From the IMG/VR virus record IMGVR_UViG_3300034349_000025, positions 1-25,451 of that record: DNA of 25,451 bases. One strand, written 5' to 3'. How positions within the stretch are numbered: position 1 is the first letter of the stretch; every line of letters starts with the position of its first letter. Positions 9,652-18,736 of the stretch are shown in pieces. The notes under the pieces were generated by a model. That model saw only the letters and a list, made by a program, of their open reading frames with translations, was not told the origin of the DNA and ran no database searches. The translations under genes were made by a program, and so were the position numbers. The DNA comes from a virus (Duplodnaviria; Caudoviricetes).

Positions 9652-10191
9652 ATGTCTACTCGTCATGCCATCTTTGCTCAATCCCAATCTGGGCACATCG
9701 GACGTAAGGGAAACCATCCGCTCCTTTGGAGACTCAAGGGAGACCTTCCACGCTTCAAAGACCTGACTCATGACAACGCTCTAATCATGGGGCGACACAC
9801 TTACCTGAGTCTACCGGGGCTCTTACCAGGGCGGCTGCACATCGTTGTATCCAAGTCCATGCCAGCGTCTCTTGATCTGGAAGAGAACTTGGCAGTGGTT
9901 AACAGTCTTGAGGAAGCCTTTAACCTGGCCGACCAATACGGTTACGAGGAGCAGTTCGTAATCGGTGGCGGAGACCTGATCAATCAGGCGCTTCCTTATT
10001 GCCACATCGTACACCGCACAGTCGTCAAGGAAACTACTGACGATCTGTCCGAGATGGCCCTAGTTGATCTACCCGATCAAAAGCCTTACTGGGGCCGCTT
10101 CAGAATGACCAAGTGTGAAGTGGATGAGAATCCAACACACTGGTACGAAACCTACGAGCAATCTCAACCTAAAGAACCATCCAAGGGGTAA
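9652..10191 (+). CDS. folA: Dihydrofolate reductase
   Basis: IG...LLWRLKGDLPRFKDLT...IMGRHTYLSLP..LPGR.HIVVS...FVIGGG DHFR signature. Confidence 0.95.
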   Translation: MSTRHAIFAQSQSGHIGRKGNHPLLWRLKGDLPRFKDLTHDNALIMGRHTYLSLPGLLPGRLHIVVSKSMPASLDLEENLAVVNSLEEAFNLADQYGYEEQFVIGGGDLINQALPYCHIVHRTVVKETTDDLSEMALVDLPDQKPYWGRFRMTKCEVDENPTHWYETYEQSQPKEPSKG

Positions 10192-10193
10192 CC

Positions 10194-10523
10194 ATGAAAC
10201 ACGTACTGTTCTGCGTAGCATTTATGTTCTCTGCCGCATCCCAGGCATTTACCATGAGCGAACAGCATTGTGAAATCTTTCACGAGGAGCTGTCTGTTTT
10301 GGTAGCGAAGAAGGCTGCCAAGGTGAACCTCGAAGGCTTCAAGAAGTATCTGGAACATGAGCAGAAGACCGCGTCTAATCCACAGGTCTTCAAAGAGATC
10401 ATTCCGTTCATCGACGCTGCTGCTCAAGAGTACTACAGCAACGATGAGCTGGAAGAGGAAGACTACCCATCTGTCGTGGGTTACAACTGCCGTCGCAGTA
10501 TCGGCCGCAACGTAAAAGCATAA
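10194..10523 (+). CDS. Hypothetical exported protein
   Basis: Sec-type signal peptide MKHVLFCVAFMFSAASQA, two Cys in the mature part. Confidence 0.75.
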   Translation: MKHVLFCVAFMFSAASQAFTMSEQHCEIFHEELSVLVAKKAAKVNLEGFKKYLEHEQKTASNPQVFKEIIPFIDAAAQEYYSNDELEEEDYPSVVGYNCRRSIGRNVKA

Positions 10524-10529
10524 GTCAGC

Positions 10530-10574
10530 ACACAGCGGAGCCATTACGGCTCCGCTGTGTATGCTTTCTTTTTT
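10530..10574 (+). terminator. Intrinsic terminator
   Basis: ACACAGCGGAGCC-ATTAC-GGCTCCGCTGTGT then ATGCTTTCTTTTTT. Confidence 0.85.
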
Positions 10575-10620
10575 GGTCTGATAGTATGTCGCTACACTTT
10601 AAAGTAAAGGGAGGTCGACG

Positions 10621-11046
10621 ATGTCGACGCTGACCATATTCATCGCCAAACTCCACGAGTTCTCAACCGCAGTAGCCTTGAAGATTAGCACTAAACTAGG
10701 TAAGACCGAGCAGGCTGCCGATTCGTTGAAGCTGGGTGGTAAGACGCTTACTGAAGTCAGCGCGTTGTCTGCCCCCAAGGTTCTCCTGAAGATGATCCGC
10801 TTGGCGACTACTGATGCTGAGGTTACCACACTCAAAGCAGCAGTAGACAAGACAGACATCATTGATACCCGTGACCAGACTGTCTGGCGCTGGAACGGTA
10901 CTGCTTACGTCAACGCAGGTAAAGTCACCACCGCTGGTGTAATGACCCGTGACATTCTCTACAAGAACACCGTGGGTAACATGGCGGCGTTCTATTTGGA
11001 TGGGAATGGGGCGTGGGTCACGCTGGGTATCCCGTCTATACCGTGA
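10621..11046 (+). CDS. Hypothetical protein, possibly virion/tail-fibre associated
   Basis: GGGAGG RBS. KLGKTEQAADSLKLGGK and WRWNGTAYV resemble fibre-type segments. Upstream TATG at 10585. Confidence 0.6.
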   Translation: MSTLTIFIAKLHEFSTAVALKISTKLGKTEQAADSLKLGGKTLTEVSALSAPKVLLKMIRLATTDAEVTTLKAAVDKTDIIDTRDQTVWRWNGTAYVNAGKVTTAGVMTRDILYKNTVGNMAAFYLDGNGAWVTLGIPSIP

Positions 11047-11052
11047 TCGCTT

Positions 11053-11086
11053 AGGCAGGAGACTTCGGTCTCCTGTCTGTATGCCC
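11053..11086 (+). terminator. Hairpin + TATGCC element
   Basis: AGGCAGGAGAC-TTCG-GTCTCCTGTCT then GTATGCCC. Confidence 0.7.
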
Positions 11087-11090
11087 TCTA

Positions 11091-11126
11091 TTGAACTTTA
11101 TTAAGGTAATACATTACTAACGTGAA
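11091..11126 (+). promoter_or_regulatory. Putative phage promoter (AACTTT subclass)
   Basis: AACTTT at 11094, TACATT at 11110, GTGAA at 11122. Confidence 0.65.
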
Positions 11127-11258
11127 GGTGGTCGCCTCAACTCGACTTTACCGTTCACCGAGTACTTTTATAAAAGTCCCAGTTATCTTAAGGTCGTGCT
11201 TATACTGTGACAAGCCCACACAGAGGGGTAAACTTAACCAACTAAGCACGAAGGATTC

Positions 11259-11714
11259 ATGATGTCTAAAGGGAAATACGTTATTCCGGTTGTGATGGGG
11301 CAGCCAGGCCAAGAGATGTACGTGATCACAGGCTCCACGCTAAAAGATCAGAAGTCATCGCTTGGGCGGTTTATTACTCGACGCGCTGTTATGCCAGGGG
11401 ACATGGCCGGTATTGCTAAGGCTACCGAGAAGTGCCGTTCGGACTACACCGCTCCACGTTACGTCACCGAAATCGAACTCGTGGATCACACCCACATTCG
11501 TAACGGTAAGTTTACCCGTGCTACGGCACAACTCATCGAGGGGTTCATTCGCAACACTATCCCTAGTTCTAAGACTCAGTCGGAACTGGATGGCTGGTAC
11601 CTCGTGGATAAGAACGGTGACTTGATGCCATTGAAGCTGGCCAAGTTCTCCATCAACCTACTCGATGACACCAACAAGTGGCGCATCATCGATGCGCTGT
11701 ACGGCAGATCCTGA
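11259..11714 (+). CDS. Hypothetical protein
   Basis: AAGGA RBS, 151 aa. Confidence 0.8.
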   Translation: MMSKGKYVIPVVMGQPGQEMYVITGSTLKDQKSSLGRFITRRAVMPGDMAGIAKATEKCRSDYTAPRYVTEIELVDHTHIRNGKFTRATAQLIEGFIRNTIPSSKTQSELDGWYLVDKNGDLMPLKLAKFSINLLDDTNKWRIIDALYGRS

Positions 11715-11736
11715 TACTAACCCAAGGAAGCAACCC

Positions 11737-13038
11737 ATGAAATTCCGTGAACACCGCGGCGGTCTTCAAGAGTCGTTGGACACAACTGTAGAGATCGGCA
11801 ATACCTTCAGCGACGTCTGCGAGAAGGCTCGTGATGTGTTGGCTGCGATCACACCTCCTCTCGGACAAAGTGAAGTCGCACTGCCAACACCTGTCTTCTT
11901 GTCACCGTGTGTTGACCCTCGGATTGGCTGGGACGGTTACTTCGTTCATGTCACTGGTTGGGGCATTGTAGGTCTCATCGACGGTCTTCCAGAAGGGACT
12001 GATCCTGAAAGCATCAAGGTTCCTGGGCGAGTGATGTTGTCGACTCCCCCTGAGAAGAACGAGTTCGATACATCGTTGCTGGATTCCATGTACCCTCATG
12101 TAGAAGGTACTCCGGTTAACACCCCGAGCGAAATCCATCAGGAAATGACTCGGGTGATCGAAGTCACCGTTCCAATGGGCATGGTGCCGGTTGAACCGAG
12201 TTACGTGCTGGATGAGCCAGTTGGTCTGGCTGCGGAAGAAGGCGAAGAGATGGTCAATGAGTTGCTCGATGAAGGTCTTCGGACTATGGGCACTTACACC
12301 GGCGCTGATTGGTTCGCCACTCTGAAGGCTGTGCTGGAAGACGGCGATACCGCAGAAGCCATTCGCATGATCGACTCTATCCCGACCGATCTGCAACCGA
12401 TGAATGAAGTAGCCAAGGGAATGGTGGTACTCCCTGACGCTGAACACATGTCGGAAGCAATGGTGGACTCCACTCGCGGCATGCACCTGTATTACATGGA
12501 AGCCGGTAGCGGCGTGACCTGTGAACAGATGCGTAAGCACTTGAGCCGTTACGCTCCGTGGGCTGAAAAGCATTACCCGCAATGGTTCCGTGACGATAAC
12601 TCTCACTTGACCAAAGCTGGTCGTGCCATCCTGGCTCACGCTTTGACGATCGGCGCTCACAAAGACCCTGACGCTCGCGAGTACTACTTCAAGCCCGAGA
12701 GCATCCGTCGTCAGCGTGTCTGGGATAACCCAATGCACCAGCGTATCCGTTTGACCTTCAAGCCGCTGATCATGGGCGAAGTGTTCGACGACGGTGGCTT
12801 TGTGATCCACAAGCGCTTCCTTGATGCACGTCCAGTGGGTAACGACCGGTTCGTGCTGCAACTGAACCGCTCCGACATGCCGAAGGTGCACCGCGGTAAG
12901 TTCAAGACTGAGGCCTTCACCTTGGCACTGGAACTGACCGAAGAAGGCATGAACGTGAACTTCCTCGAATACCAGGTGAACTCCAAACTCACCAGCTCTT
13001 CGTATGAAGTCATCCCAGCCATGGCGAGTCGCTGGTAA
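11737..13038 (+). CDS. Hypothetical multidomain protein (433 aa)
   Basis: ATG 11737 behind AAGGA. N-terminal MKFREHRGGL module, acidic linker, C-terminal domain. Confidence 0.85.
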   Translation: MKFREHRGGLQESLDTTVEIGNTFSDVCEKARDVLAAITPPLGQSEVALPTPVFLSPCVDPRIGWDGYFVHVTGWGIVGLIDGLPEGTDPESIKVPGRVMLSTPPEKNEFDTSLLDSMYPHVEGTPVNTPSEIHQEMTRVIEVTVPMGMVPVEPSYVLDEPVGLAAEEGEEMVNELLDEGLRTMGTYTGADWFATLKAVLEDGDTAEAIRMIDSIPTDLQPMNEVAKGMVVLPDAEHMSEAMVDSTRGMHLYYMEAGSGVTCEQMRKHLSRYAPWAEKHYPQWFRDDNSHLTKAGRAILAHALTIGAHKDPDAREYYFKPESIRRQRVWDNPMHQRIRLTFKPLIMGEVFDDGGFVIHKRFLDARPVGNDRFVLQLNRSDMPKVHRGKFKTEAFTLALELTEEGMNVNFLEYQVNSKLTSSSYEVIPAMASRW

Positions 13039-13334
13039 TGGACATCGTATTGATCGCCCTCGGACTGACGGTGTGGTTTGCTCTCACGGTTGCAGGGTTC
13101 TACCTGATGTCTTTCTGGTTCGACATGAACCTTCTGCGGCTAGGGTGGGAAGCGGTAGCGCTAATTGCTGTGGTGTACATGCTGGTGATAGGGTTACTCG
13201 ATGTGTTCGTTGCAGGGTACTGTAATGAGCCCAGCGGTCTCATCTTAGCCACAGTTCATGTGGTCGCGTTGTTTATCGTGGGTATCAACCACGAGCGGAT
13301 CTGGCATTGGGTCAAGTACCCGTACCGCAACTGA
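13038..13334 (+). CDS. Small membrane protein (about 3 TM segments)
   Basis: Three hydrophobic stretches, TAATG coupling to the previous gene. Confidence 0.75.
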   Translation: MDIVLIALGLTVWFALTVAGFYLMSFWFDMNLLRLGWEAVALIAVVYMLVIGLLDVFVAGYCNEPSGLILATVHVVALFIVGINHERIWHWVKYPYRN

Positions 13335-13341
13335 CGGATAC

Positions 13342-13374
13342 GACAGGAGCCTTCGCGGGCTCCTGTCTATGCCG
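13342..13374 (+). terminator. Hairpin + TATGCCG element
   Basis: GACAGGAGCC-TTCGCG-GGCTCCTGTC then TATGCCG. Confidence 0.7.
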
Positions 13375-13573
13375 TGTGTAAAAAGATATTACCCCTAACC
13401 ATGTTGTGCTAGCACTTAGGACGATGAAGTAAAGTGTGCAAACCTCTGCAACAAACCGTAAGCCTGCGTCACATCCAAACGAAGTACCGCAAGCAAAAGC
13501 CATCCCTTTATAAACGTTGCGTGACCCTGATCCGCAAACGTTTCACCAATATCTAAACCGCAAGGAGCAACAC

Positions 13574-15502
13574 ATGGAATACGTTTACGACTACCACAAG
13601 ACTCTGGACGAATTGCAAGCCGCCTCCAATGAGCTGCTGTCCAAGCCTCACGGTGTCTTCTTCAATACCCAGGTGCGTAAGACCCTGGCCGCCAAGTTCC
13701 TCTTCCTGCTCTCCTCGCACGCGCTGGAAATCCAGGGCGAAGAGTTCGCCGTTCAACTGCGCAAGCAACTGAACTGCTCTCACTGTGCCCGCTTCTTTGC
13801 TCGCATGGGTTCGGTGGTGTTCTTGGACAACATGGGCTCGCATTCTGTTTACTGGAACCCGGACGTTGTGTCTGACCCAGTAATGAAGAAGGTCGTGGCT
13901 GACATGAAACGCTTCGTCGAAGAAGCGCGTGTGAGCTCGGTCTTCAACATGAACTCGTCGTACGCTCATTACACCGAGCAGACCAACAACGGCGGCAAAG
14001 AGTTCCGTCACTTCTACGTTGAGTCGTCGTTGATGACTCCGCACAGCCCGCTGACGCTGAAGAAGCTGCACATGCCTGATCCGGGCAAGCTGCACGCTCA
14101 AGTCGAAGCCCTGATCCGTTTCGCGGTGAACACTCCGTTCGCGGCTGTGGCGATCATGGAGCAGTGGTTCCAATCGGGCGTCTTGAAGCACGTGGCTTCG
14201 TCCGAAGAAAACCTGCACCTGACCAAAGGCTTCCTGGCTACTATCGCCACCTTGAAGGCTTCGCCGTCTTACGAAGTACTGGGCAACCCGTACGCTCGTG
14301 AAACTGCGATCGTCAACATGGTGTGGCGTTACGCATTGGCTGACCAGAGCCTGCTGACCGTGAAGAACAGCCTGTTGGGCAAAACCATCGCCAAGGTGGT
14401 CGAGCTCGAGAAGACTGGTAATCAAGCGACCAACGTTGCTGCGATCCAAGGTTTCTGGAAGACTCAGTCCAGCGGCCTGAAACATCGCCGCACCACGGCA
14501 CCTGCCTCTAGCAAACAGATCGGCGGTACTCTGCTGTTCCTCGAAGAGAACGGTTACATGCCATCTCTGGAACAAGTGGAAACCCCGGAAGCGGCTCTGC
14601 CTGTTGTGTGGGAATCGAAGTCCAAGTACACCGAAGTCACTAAACCGGCTGACGTGACCACTCAGGCTTCCTTCGCTGACTTCGCGAAAGTCAAGGCCAA
14701 AGCAGCAGGCGAAGATATCCCGAACGGCCCACTGCGCGTACCGGGTACCACCGACGTCGGCTACTTCTTCAACGAAGTGCTGCCACATGTCGAAAGCATG
14801 GCGCTGATCATCCCGGTCAACACCCGGATGCGCCCAGCGTTCTGGAACACCATGGCCAACGCTGAAGCGAAGAAGATCTTCACTTGGGATACCATCGAGA
14901 ACCCGTGCCCGCACATCATGTTCTCGTACGAATCCGTGTTCTCCGTGACCACCATGCTGACCGACAAGACTGAGCGTCAGGGTAACGACCTGATCATCAA
15001 CATCCCGTCGGTAACCACACCGGAAACTATCGGCCTGGACAAATCGAACTCGTCGCCATCGGTCATCTTCATGTTGGATGATCTGGTATCGCCGGGCGCG
15101 CCACGTCCTACGCTGTTCGCCAGCTGCCTGCTCAACGAGCTGTACGATCACCGTCGTGCACTGGAAGACTACTCGGCTGCCACGGTGATCCCGCGTTGCG
15201 AAGGTCAGCAAGCAGTAGGCTTCCCGATTGGTGGCTTCGACCCGCACGCTCAGCGTCAAGGTCAGATGCCTACCATCGAACTGCGCGTCAAGTACACGCG
15301 TGAACATGCGGTCCTGATGGGTCGTGAGTTTGCGATCTACGCCATCTCTCTGCTCGGCTACATGGTGCAGCCTGAGGTGTCGAAGTTCCCACGCATCGTC
15401 GACCGTTACGTGAAGGTTGATGAAGAAGATCTGGTTGAAGATCCAGCGGCAGAAACTCCCCTGCAAACCCAAGTCGTCACTGGTACAGCGTCGGCTTCTT
15501 AA
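13574..15502 (+). CDS. Large hypothetical protein (642 aa) with N-terminal NCxxC motif
   Basis: ATG 13574 behind AAGGAG, LNCSHCARFF motif, strong codon bias. Confidence 0.85.
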   Translation: MEYVYDYHKTLDELQAASNELLSKPHGVFFNTQVRKTLAAKFLFLLSSHALEIQGEEFAVQLRKQLNCSHCARFFARMGSVVFLDNMGSHSVYWNPDVVSDPVMKKVVADMKRFVEEARVSSVFNMNSSYAHYTEQTNNGGKEFRHFYVESSLMTPHSPLTLKKLHMPDPGKLHAQVEALIRFAVNTPFAAVAIMEQWFQSGVLKHVASSEENLHLTKGFLATIATLKASPSYEVLGNPYARETAIVNMVWRYALADQSLLTVKNSLLGKTIAKVVELEKTGNQATNVAAIQGFWKTQSSGLKHRRTTAPASSKQIGGTLLFLEENGYMPSLEQVETPEAALPVVWESKSKYTEVTKPADVTTQASFADFAKVKAKAAGEDIPNGPLRVPGTTDVGYFFNEVLPHVESMALIIPVNTRMRPAFWNTMANAEAKKIFTWDTIENPCPHIMFSYESVFSVTTMLTDKTERQGNDLIINIPSVTTPETIGLDKSNSSPSVIFMLDDLVSPGAPRPTLFASCLLNELYDHRRALEDYSAATVIPRCEGQQAVGFPIGGFDPHAQRQGQMPTIELRVKYTREHAVLMGREFAIYAISLLGYMVQPEVSKFPRIVDRYVKVDEEDLVEDPAAETPLQTQVVTGTASAS

Positions 15503-15515
15503 CCCGTAGCACTGG

Positions 15516-15545
15516 AGAGGGTGGGTGACCACCCTCTTTCTATTC
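15516..15545 (+). terminator. Intrinsic terminator
   Basis: AGAGGGTGG-GTGA-CCACCCTCT then TTCTATT. Confidence 0.75.
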
Positions 15546-15555
15546 GGAGCGTTAC

Positions 15556-15846
15556 ATGTACAGAAAGACCCGTTCATCGTCCCAATACTGGTGGATCACT
15601 CCACTGTTCATGATTGCCTGTGGCTTATTCATCATGCACGGGAATGTAAAATCACCACCGGACACCAAGCGTGCTTTGAAAGAAGCAGGTTATACGGAAG
15701 TGACCTTGACCGGTTACAAACCGTGGGCTTGTGGTAGCGATTCGATCAGTCAGGGGTTCATGGGCAAGAACCGTGATGGATACCAGATCTCTGGTGTTGT
15801 GTGTTCGGGCCTCATTGCGAAAGCTACAACCATTCGTACCAACTAA
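15556..15846 (+). CDS. Small membrane-anchored phage protein
   Basis: GGAG RBS, N-terminal hydrophobic segment, AGYT.V..TGY..WAC...GF...G..ISGVVCSG pattern typical of a small phage protein family. Confidence 0.75.
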   Translation: MYRKTRSSSQYWWITPLFMIACGLFIMHGNVKSPPDTKRALKEAGYTEVTLTGYKPWACGSDSISQGFMGKNRDGYQISGVVCSGLIAKATTIRTN

Positions 15847-15855
15847 GGAGGAGCC

Positions 15856-16101
15856 ATGGCTCTCGGCAGCGCAGCATTGATTCTCAGCGTTTTCATGGCT
15901 GGTCCGTCGTACAGCGTGAACATCACTCCAGTCGAAACGATGGATGATTGTCATGCGTTGCGTACTGCCGTGGCTTTAACTTACGCTCGCAGTGAAGAGT
16001 ACACGAAGACGAGCATCCCAGATGTGTGGGAAACCCGTCGACATGTCGATGTCGGTAACTACTCCGGGATCGTCAAACTCGAATGCACGCCCGTCTCTTA
16101 A
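15856..16101 (+). CDS. Small hypothetical protein with hydrophobic N-terminus
   Basis: AAGGAGG RBS, 81 aa, two Cys. Confidence 0.75.
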   Translation: MALGSAALILSVFMAGPSYSVNITPVETMDDCHALRTAVALTYARSEEYTKTSIPDVWETRRHVDVGNYSGIVKLECTPVS

Positions 16102-16110
16102 GGAGCGACT

Positions 16111-16383
16111 ATGTGTCGTCGTCTTGGTAAGAAGCACTTCCAGTACGTTGGGACAGAAGGTCTCGAGCGTCAGAAGCATGAAAAGATGCACCGTGCTCCG
16201 CACCGTCGCCTGTGCGACAGCTACATGGTGTGCATCTTGAATGACCACACCAACCTGCGGGAAGTGTTCTGGAACTCTCAGCACACCTCCCCGTTAGGTA
16301 TCAGTACTCGCATCACCAAGCGTAAGCAGAAATTGTATGGAAAACTCCAACAATACTACGACCGCGCAAGTACAGGTAGATAA
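16111..16383 (+). CDS. Small basic hypothetical protein
   Basis: AAGGAG RBS, 90 aa. Confidence 0.7.
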   Translation: MCRRLGKKHFQYVGTEGLERQKHEKMHRAPHRRLCDSYMVCILNDHTNLREVFWNSQHTSPLGISTRITKRKQKLYGKLQQYYDRASTGR

Positions 16384-16385
16384 TC

Positions 16386-16613
16386 ATGCAATTCAAGTCC
16401 AAGCTTAACCCTAGTCATCCAGTGGCAATCGACGAGGACACGAAAGTGGCCCTCTGTCTCTGGTATGACAACAACGATGCAGCTCTGGGCGCCCCACCCA
16501 TCGATCCGAAGAAGTTGATCGTCAAGAAACATGACGACAAGTGGGTCGTGTCTTACCCCTTTAATGCAAAGTACCCGACTATCTTGGGCACGTGCAGCGA
16601 AGAACCTGAATGA
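16386..16613 (+). CDS. Small hypothetical protein
   Basis: 75 aa, tightly packed, ATGA overlap with the next gene. Confidence 0.7.
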   Translation: MQFKSKLNPSHPVAIDEDTKVALCLWYDNNDAALGAPPIDPKKLIVKKHDDKWVVSYPFNAKYPTILGTCSEEPE

Positions 16614-17038
16614 CTTCCGAGTACTATCTCGACCATTCCATGAAAGCTGTTTACCCCCACGTTGACTACTACCGTCAGCAACTCACCAGAGGAATCATCC
16701 CCATGCAACTTAATCTCGCTCTGATCCAACCGTACATCGACACCCTCGACGTTGCCCTGAACCGCACCGAGATCGAAGGCGTGACTCATTTCAGCGCTAC
16801 CGTGATCGACATCAACGACAACGGTATCCACCTGCAACTGGGTGCTGACGTTTCGGCTCGTCTGAAGTTCACCGGCGACGTGGCTGTCAAGGCTGGCTCG
16901 ACCATCCTGTTCACCGCCGATGGCACCATCACCGAAGTGACCATTCCTCCTGTCCCAGAACGCGCACCGGCTCAAAGCAGCCGTCGTAGCCCGGACAAAG
17001 CAATGGGTGGCGGTATCTGCGCTGCTCGTCGCGACTAA
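16610..17038 (+). CDS. Hypothetical protein
   Basis: 142 aa, coupled to the previous gene, followed by a hairpin. Confidence 0.75.
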   Translation: MTSEYYLDHSMKAVYPHVDYYRQQLTRGIIPMQLNLALIQPYIDTLDVALNRTEIEGVTHFSATVIDINDNGIHLQLGADVSARLKFTGDVAVKAGSTILFTADGTITEVTIPPVPERAPAQSSRRSPDKAMGGGICAARRD

Positions 17039-17056
17039 GCAATCCGTTCGGATCAA

Positions 17057-17090
17057 CATATAGCCCGGTGACAAGCCGGGCTATATGCCG
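17057..17090 (+). terminator. Hairpin + TATGCCG element
   Basis: CATATAGCCCGG-TGACAAG-CCGGGCTATATG then CCG. Confidence 0.7.
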
Positions 17091-17109
17091 CCAACCTGAG
17101 AGACCAACC

Positions 17110-17631
17110 ATGACCACGATAGTTTATCGCGCTGGCATCCTGGCTTCTGACTCGTCTTCTGTAACGGGCATGAGCATTACTTACATCACGTACCAGCGAA
17201 AGATCCAGACGAGTTCTTGCAAGCGCTTTGCATGGGGCTTCTCCGGTAGCGTGATTGATCCTGACTACCTGAAGCGTGCCGAGGTACTGCTTCTGTCTCA
17301 CCTGATGGATGTCCGCTCTAAGGGTACCGAGAAGGTACTGTTTTCCAAAGAACTGATCGAATTGATTGACGGTCGGGACTTCATCATCATGACCAACGAT
17401 ACGGTCTATGTTCGACGTAAGTCGGAAGAGACCAGCCTAGTCAAGCTTCTCCCTGAGGAGTTTGTGGCAGTAGGGACTGGCAAGATACTCGCGACGGCTT
17501 CATTCATCGCCGGTAAGAATGCCAAGCAAGCGGTAGCATTCGCGATGGAACACGATTACTACACGTACGCCAGTAAGATCCTTGAGATCAAACAGGCATC
17601 CCTTAAACCACTGCCTACGGAGATCAAATAA
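17110..17631 (+). CDS. HslV/proteasome-beta-like Ntn hydrolase (putative Thr peptidase)
   Basis: Start MTTIVY gives an N-terminal Thr. GILASDS, RKI, GFSGS, AVGTG and AKQAVAFA..HD.YT match the Ntn/proteasome-beta pattern. Confidence 0.75.
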   Translation: MTTIVYRAGILASDSSSVTGMSITYITYQRKIQTSSCKRFAWGFSGSVIDPDYLKRAEVLLLSHLMDVRSKGTEKVLFSKELIELIDGRDFIIMTNDTVYVRRKSEETSLVKLLPEEFVAVGTGKILATASFIAGKNAKQAVAFAMEHDYYTYASKILEIKQASLKPLPTEIK

Positions 17632-18194
17632 TGTCCAGTGTTGTACTCTACAGCGAAGAACACATTGCGTTCTCCAAAGACATCATCAAGTCCAGCTATA
17701 CCCTCATTCGCATGCCACTCGATGCGTGGATGTGTGAGCTGGGCCTCGTCGTACCATTGAGCACCTCGAGCTTCGGCGCTGTGCGTACCTTCGATGGCAA
17801 AGTGACTGGCATCAAAGACCAGCACATCCACACTGTCGGGTTGTTGATCCGCCTCGATGGCTCCATCTGCAACTTCGCCTTTGATTCCATGCTGGGGTTT
17901 GTGGACAAGGAGCGCCATCGTTATAGCTACGAGCTCCCCACAGGCCCAGGAGTGATGTGGTGTCAGAGTGAGCATGACGCTTACGAAGAGAAGGCTTACG
18001 CCGCTCTGCTGGCCACTGAGAAGCGTGAAGACGTCCTCAAGAACCTTGACATCGCCGACCTGTTAATGGCTCGTCAGATCAAGTGGTACAAGATGGATGA
18101 TCTGGTGGTTGAGATCAACGCCATGCACAAAACCAAATACCCTAACCACGTCATCTATACGGCCAAGCCAAAGGAGAAGACCAATGCAGTATGA
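17631..18194 (+). CDS. Hypothetical protein, possible degenerate Ntn-fold paralog
   Basis: TAATG coupling. N- and C-terminal patterns parallel those of the preceding protein. Confidence 0.7.
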   Translation: MSSVVLYSEEHIAFSKDIIKSSYTLIRMPLDAWMCELGLVVPLSTSSFGAVRTFDGKVTGIKDQHIHTVGLLIRLDGSICNFAFDSMLGFVDKERHRYSYELPTGPGVMWCQSEHDAYEEKAYAALLATEKREDVLKNLDIADLLMARQIKWYKMDDLVVEINAMHKTKYPNHVIYTAKPKEKTNAV

Positions 18195-18717
18195 TTACCA
18201 CAGCGAGTACCCTGTCACCCTGAAATACGACCCTGAGAACGGGGTGACAGGAGTCTGGTACCAGAACAACATGAAAGGCATCGAGCAGATGCTTGAGGAA
18301 CTGGAAGCCCATGGCCACGGCGAAGAGTTGAACAAGATCCGTCAGTACATGGGGGATACTCCAGACTTCGCGAAGAAGATGGAAGCAGGTCGTCGGTGTC
18401 GTCATCTGGTTGCCAACCTGAAAGCCATGAACGCCTTTCACGTGGTTGAGATCGTGGGCAAGGTAGTCTTCGAACCGTTGTCTAACGTTAACTGGGCAGT
18501 AACCGGTGCAACGTCCATCGAGTTCGAGATCCTTAATGACGAAGATCCTGAACTCGATGCTCGCTACGCAGTCCATCTGGATGGCGAACGTGCAGTCGGG
18601 CTGTCCAAGTGGAACGGTCAGGCTTGGGTGACAACTGATGAAATCATCATTCCACACAACACTGACATGCACGAACGCTTCGAAGGGAAAGAGTGTACCA
18701 CCACTCCGTGTAAATAA
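18184..18717 (+). CDS. Hypothetical protein (177 aa)
   Basis: ATG 18184 behind AAGGAG, overlaps the previous stop. Confidence 0.8.
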   Translation: MQYDYHSEYPVTLKYDPENGVTGVWYQNNMKGIEQMLEELEAHGHGEELNKIRQYMGDTPDFAKKMEAGRRCRHLVANLKAMNAFHVVEIVGKVVFEPLSNVNWAVTGATSIEFEILNDEDPELDARYAVHLDGERAVGLSKWNGQAWVTTDEIIIPHNTDMHERFEGKECTTTPCK

Positions 18718-18736
18718 TTCCATGATATCAATGTGC

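Noticed and set aside
13553-15577. 674-aa minus-strand ORF
   Set aside because: Antisense shadow of the codon-biased + strand gene, with no RBS and unnatural composition.
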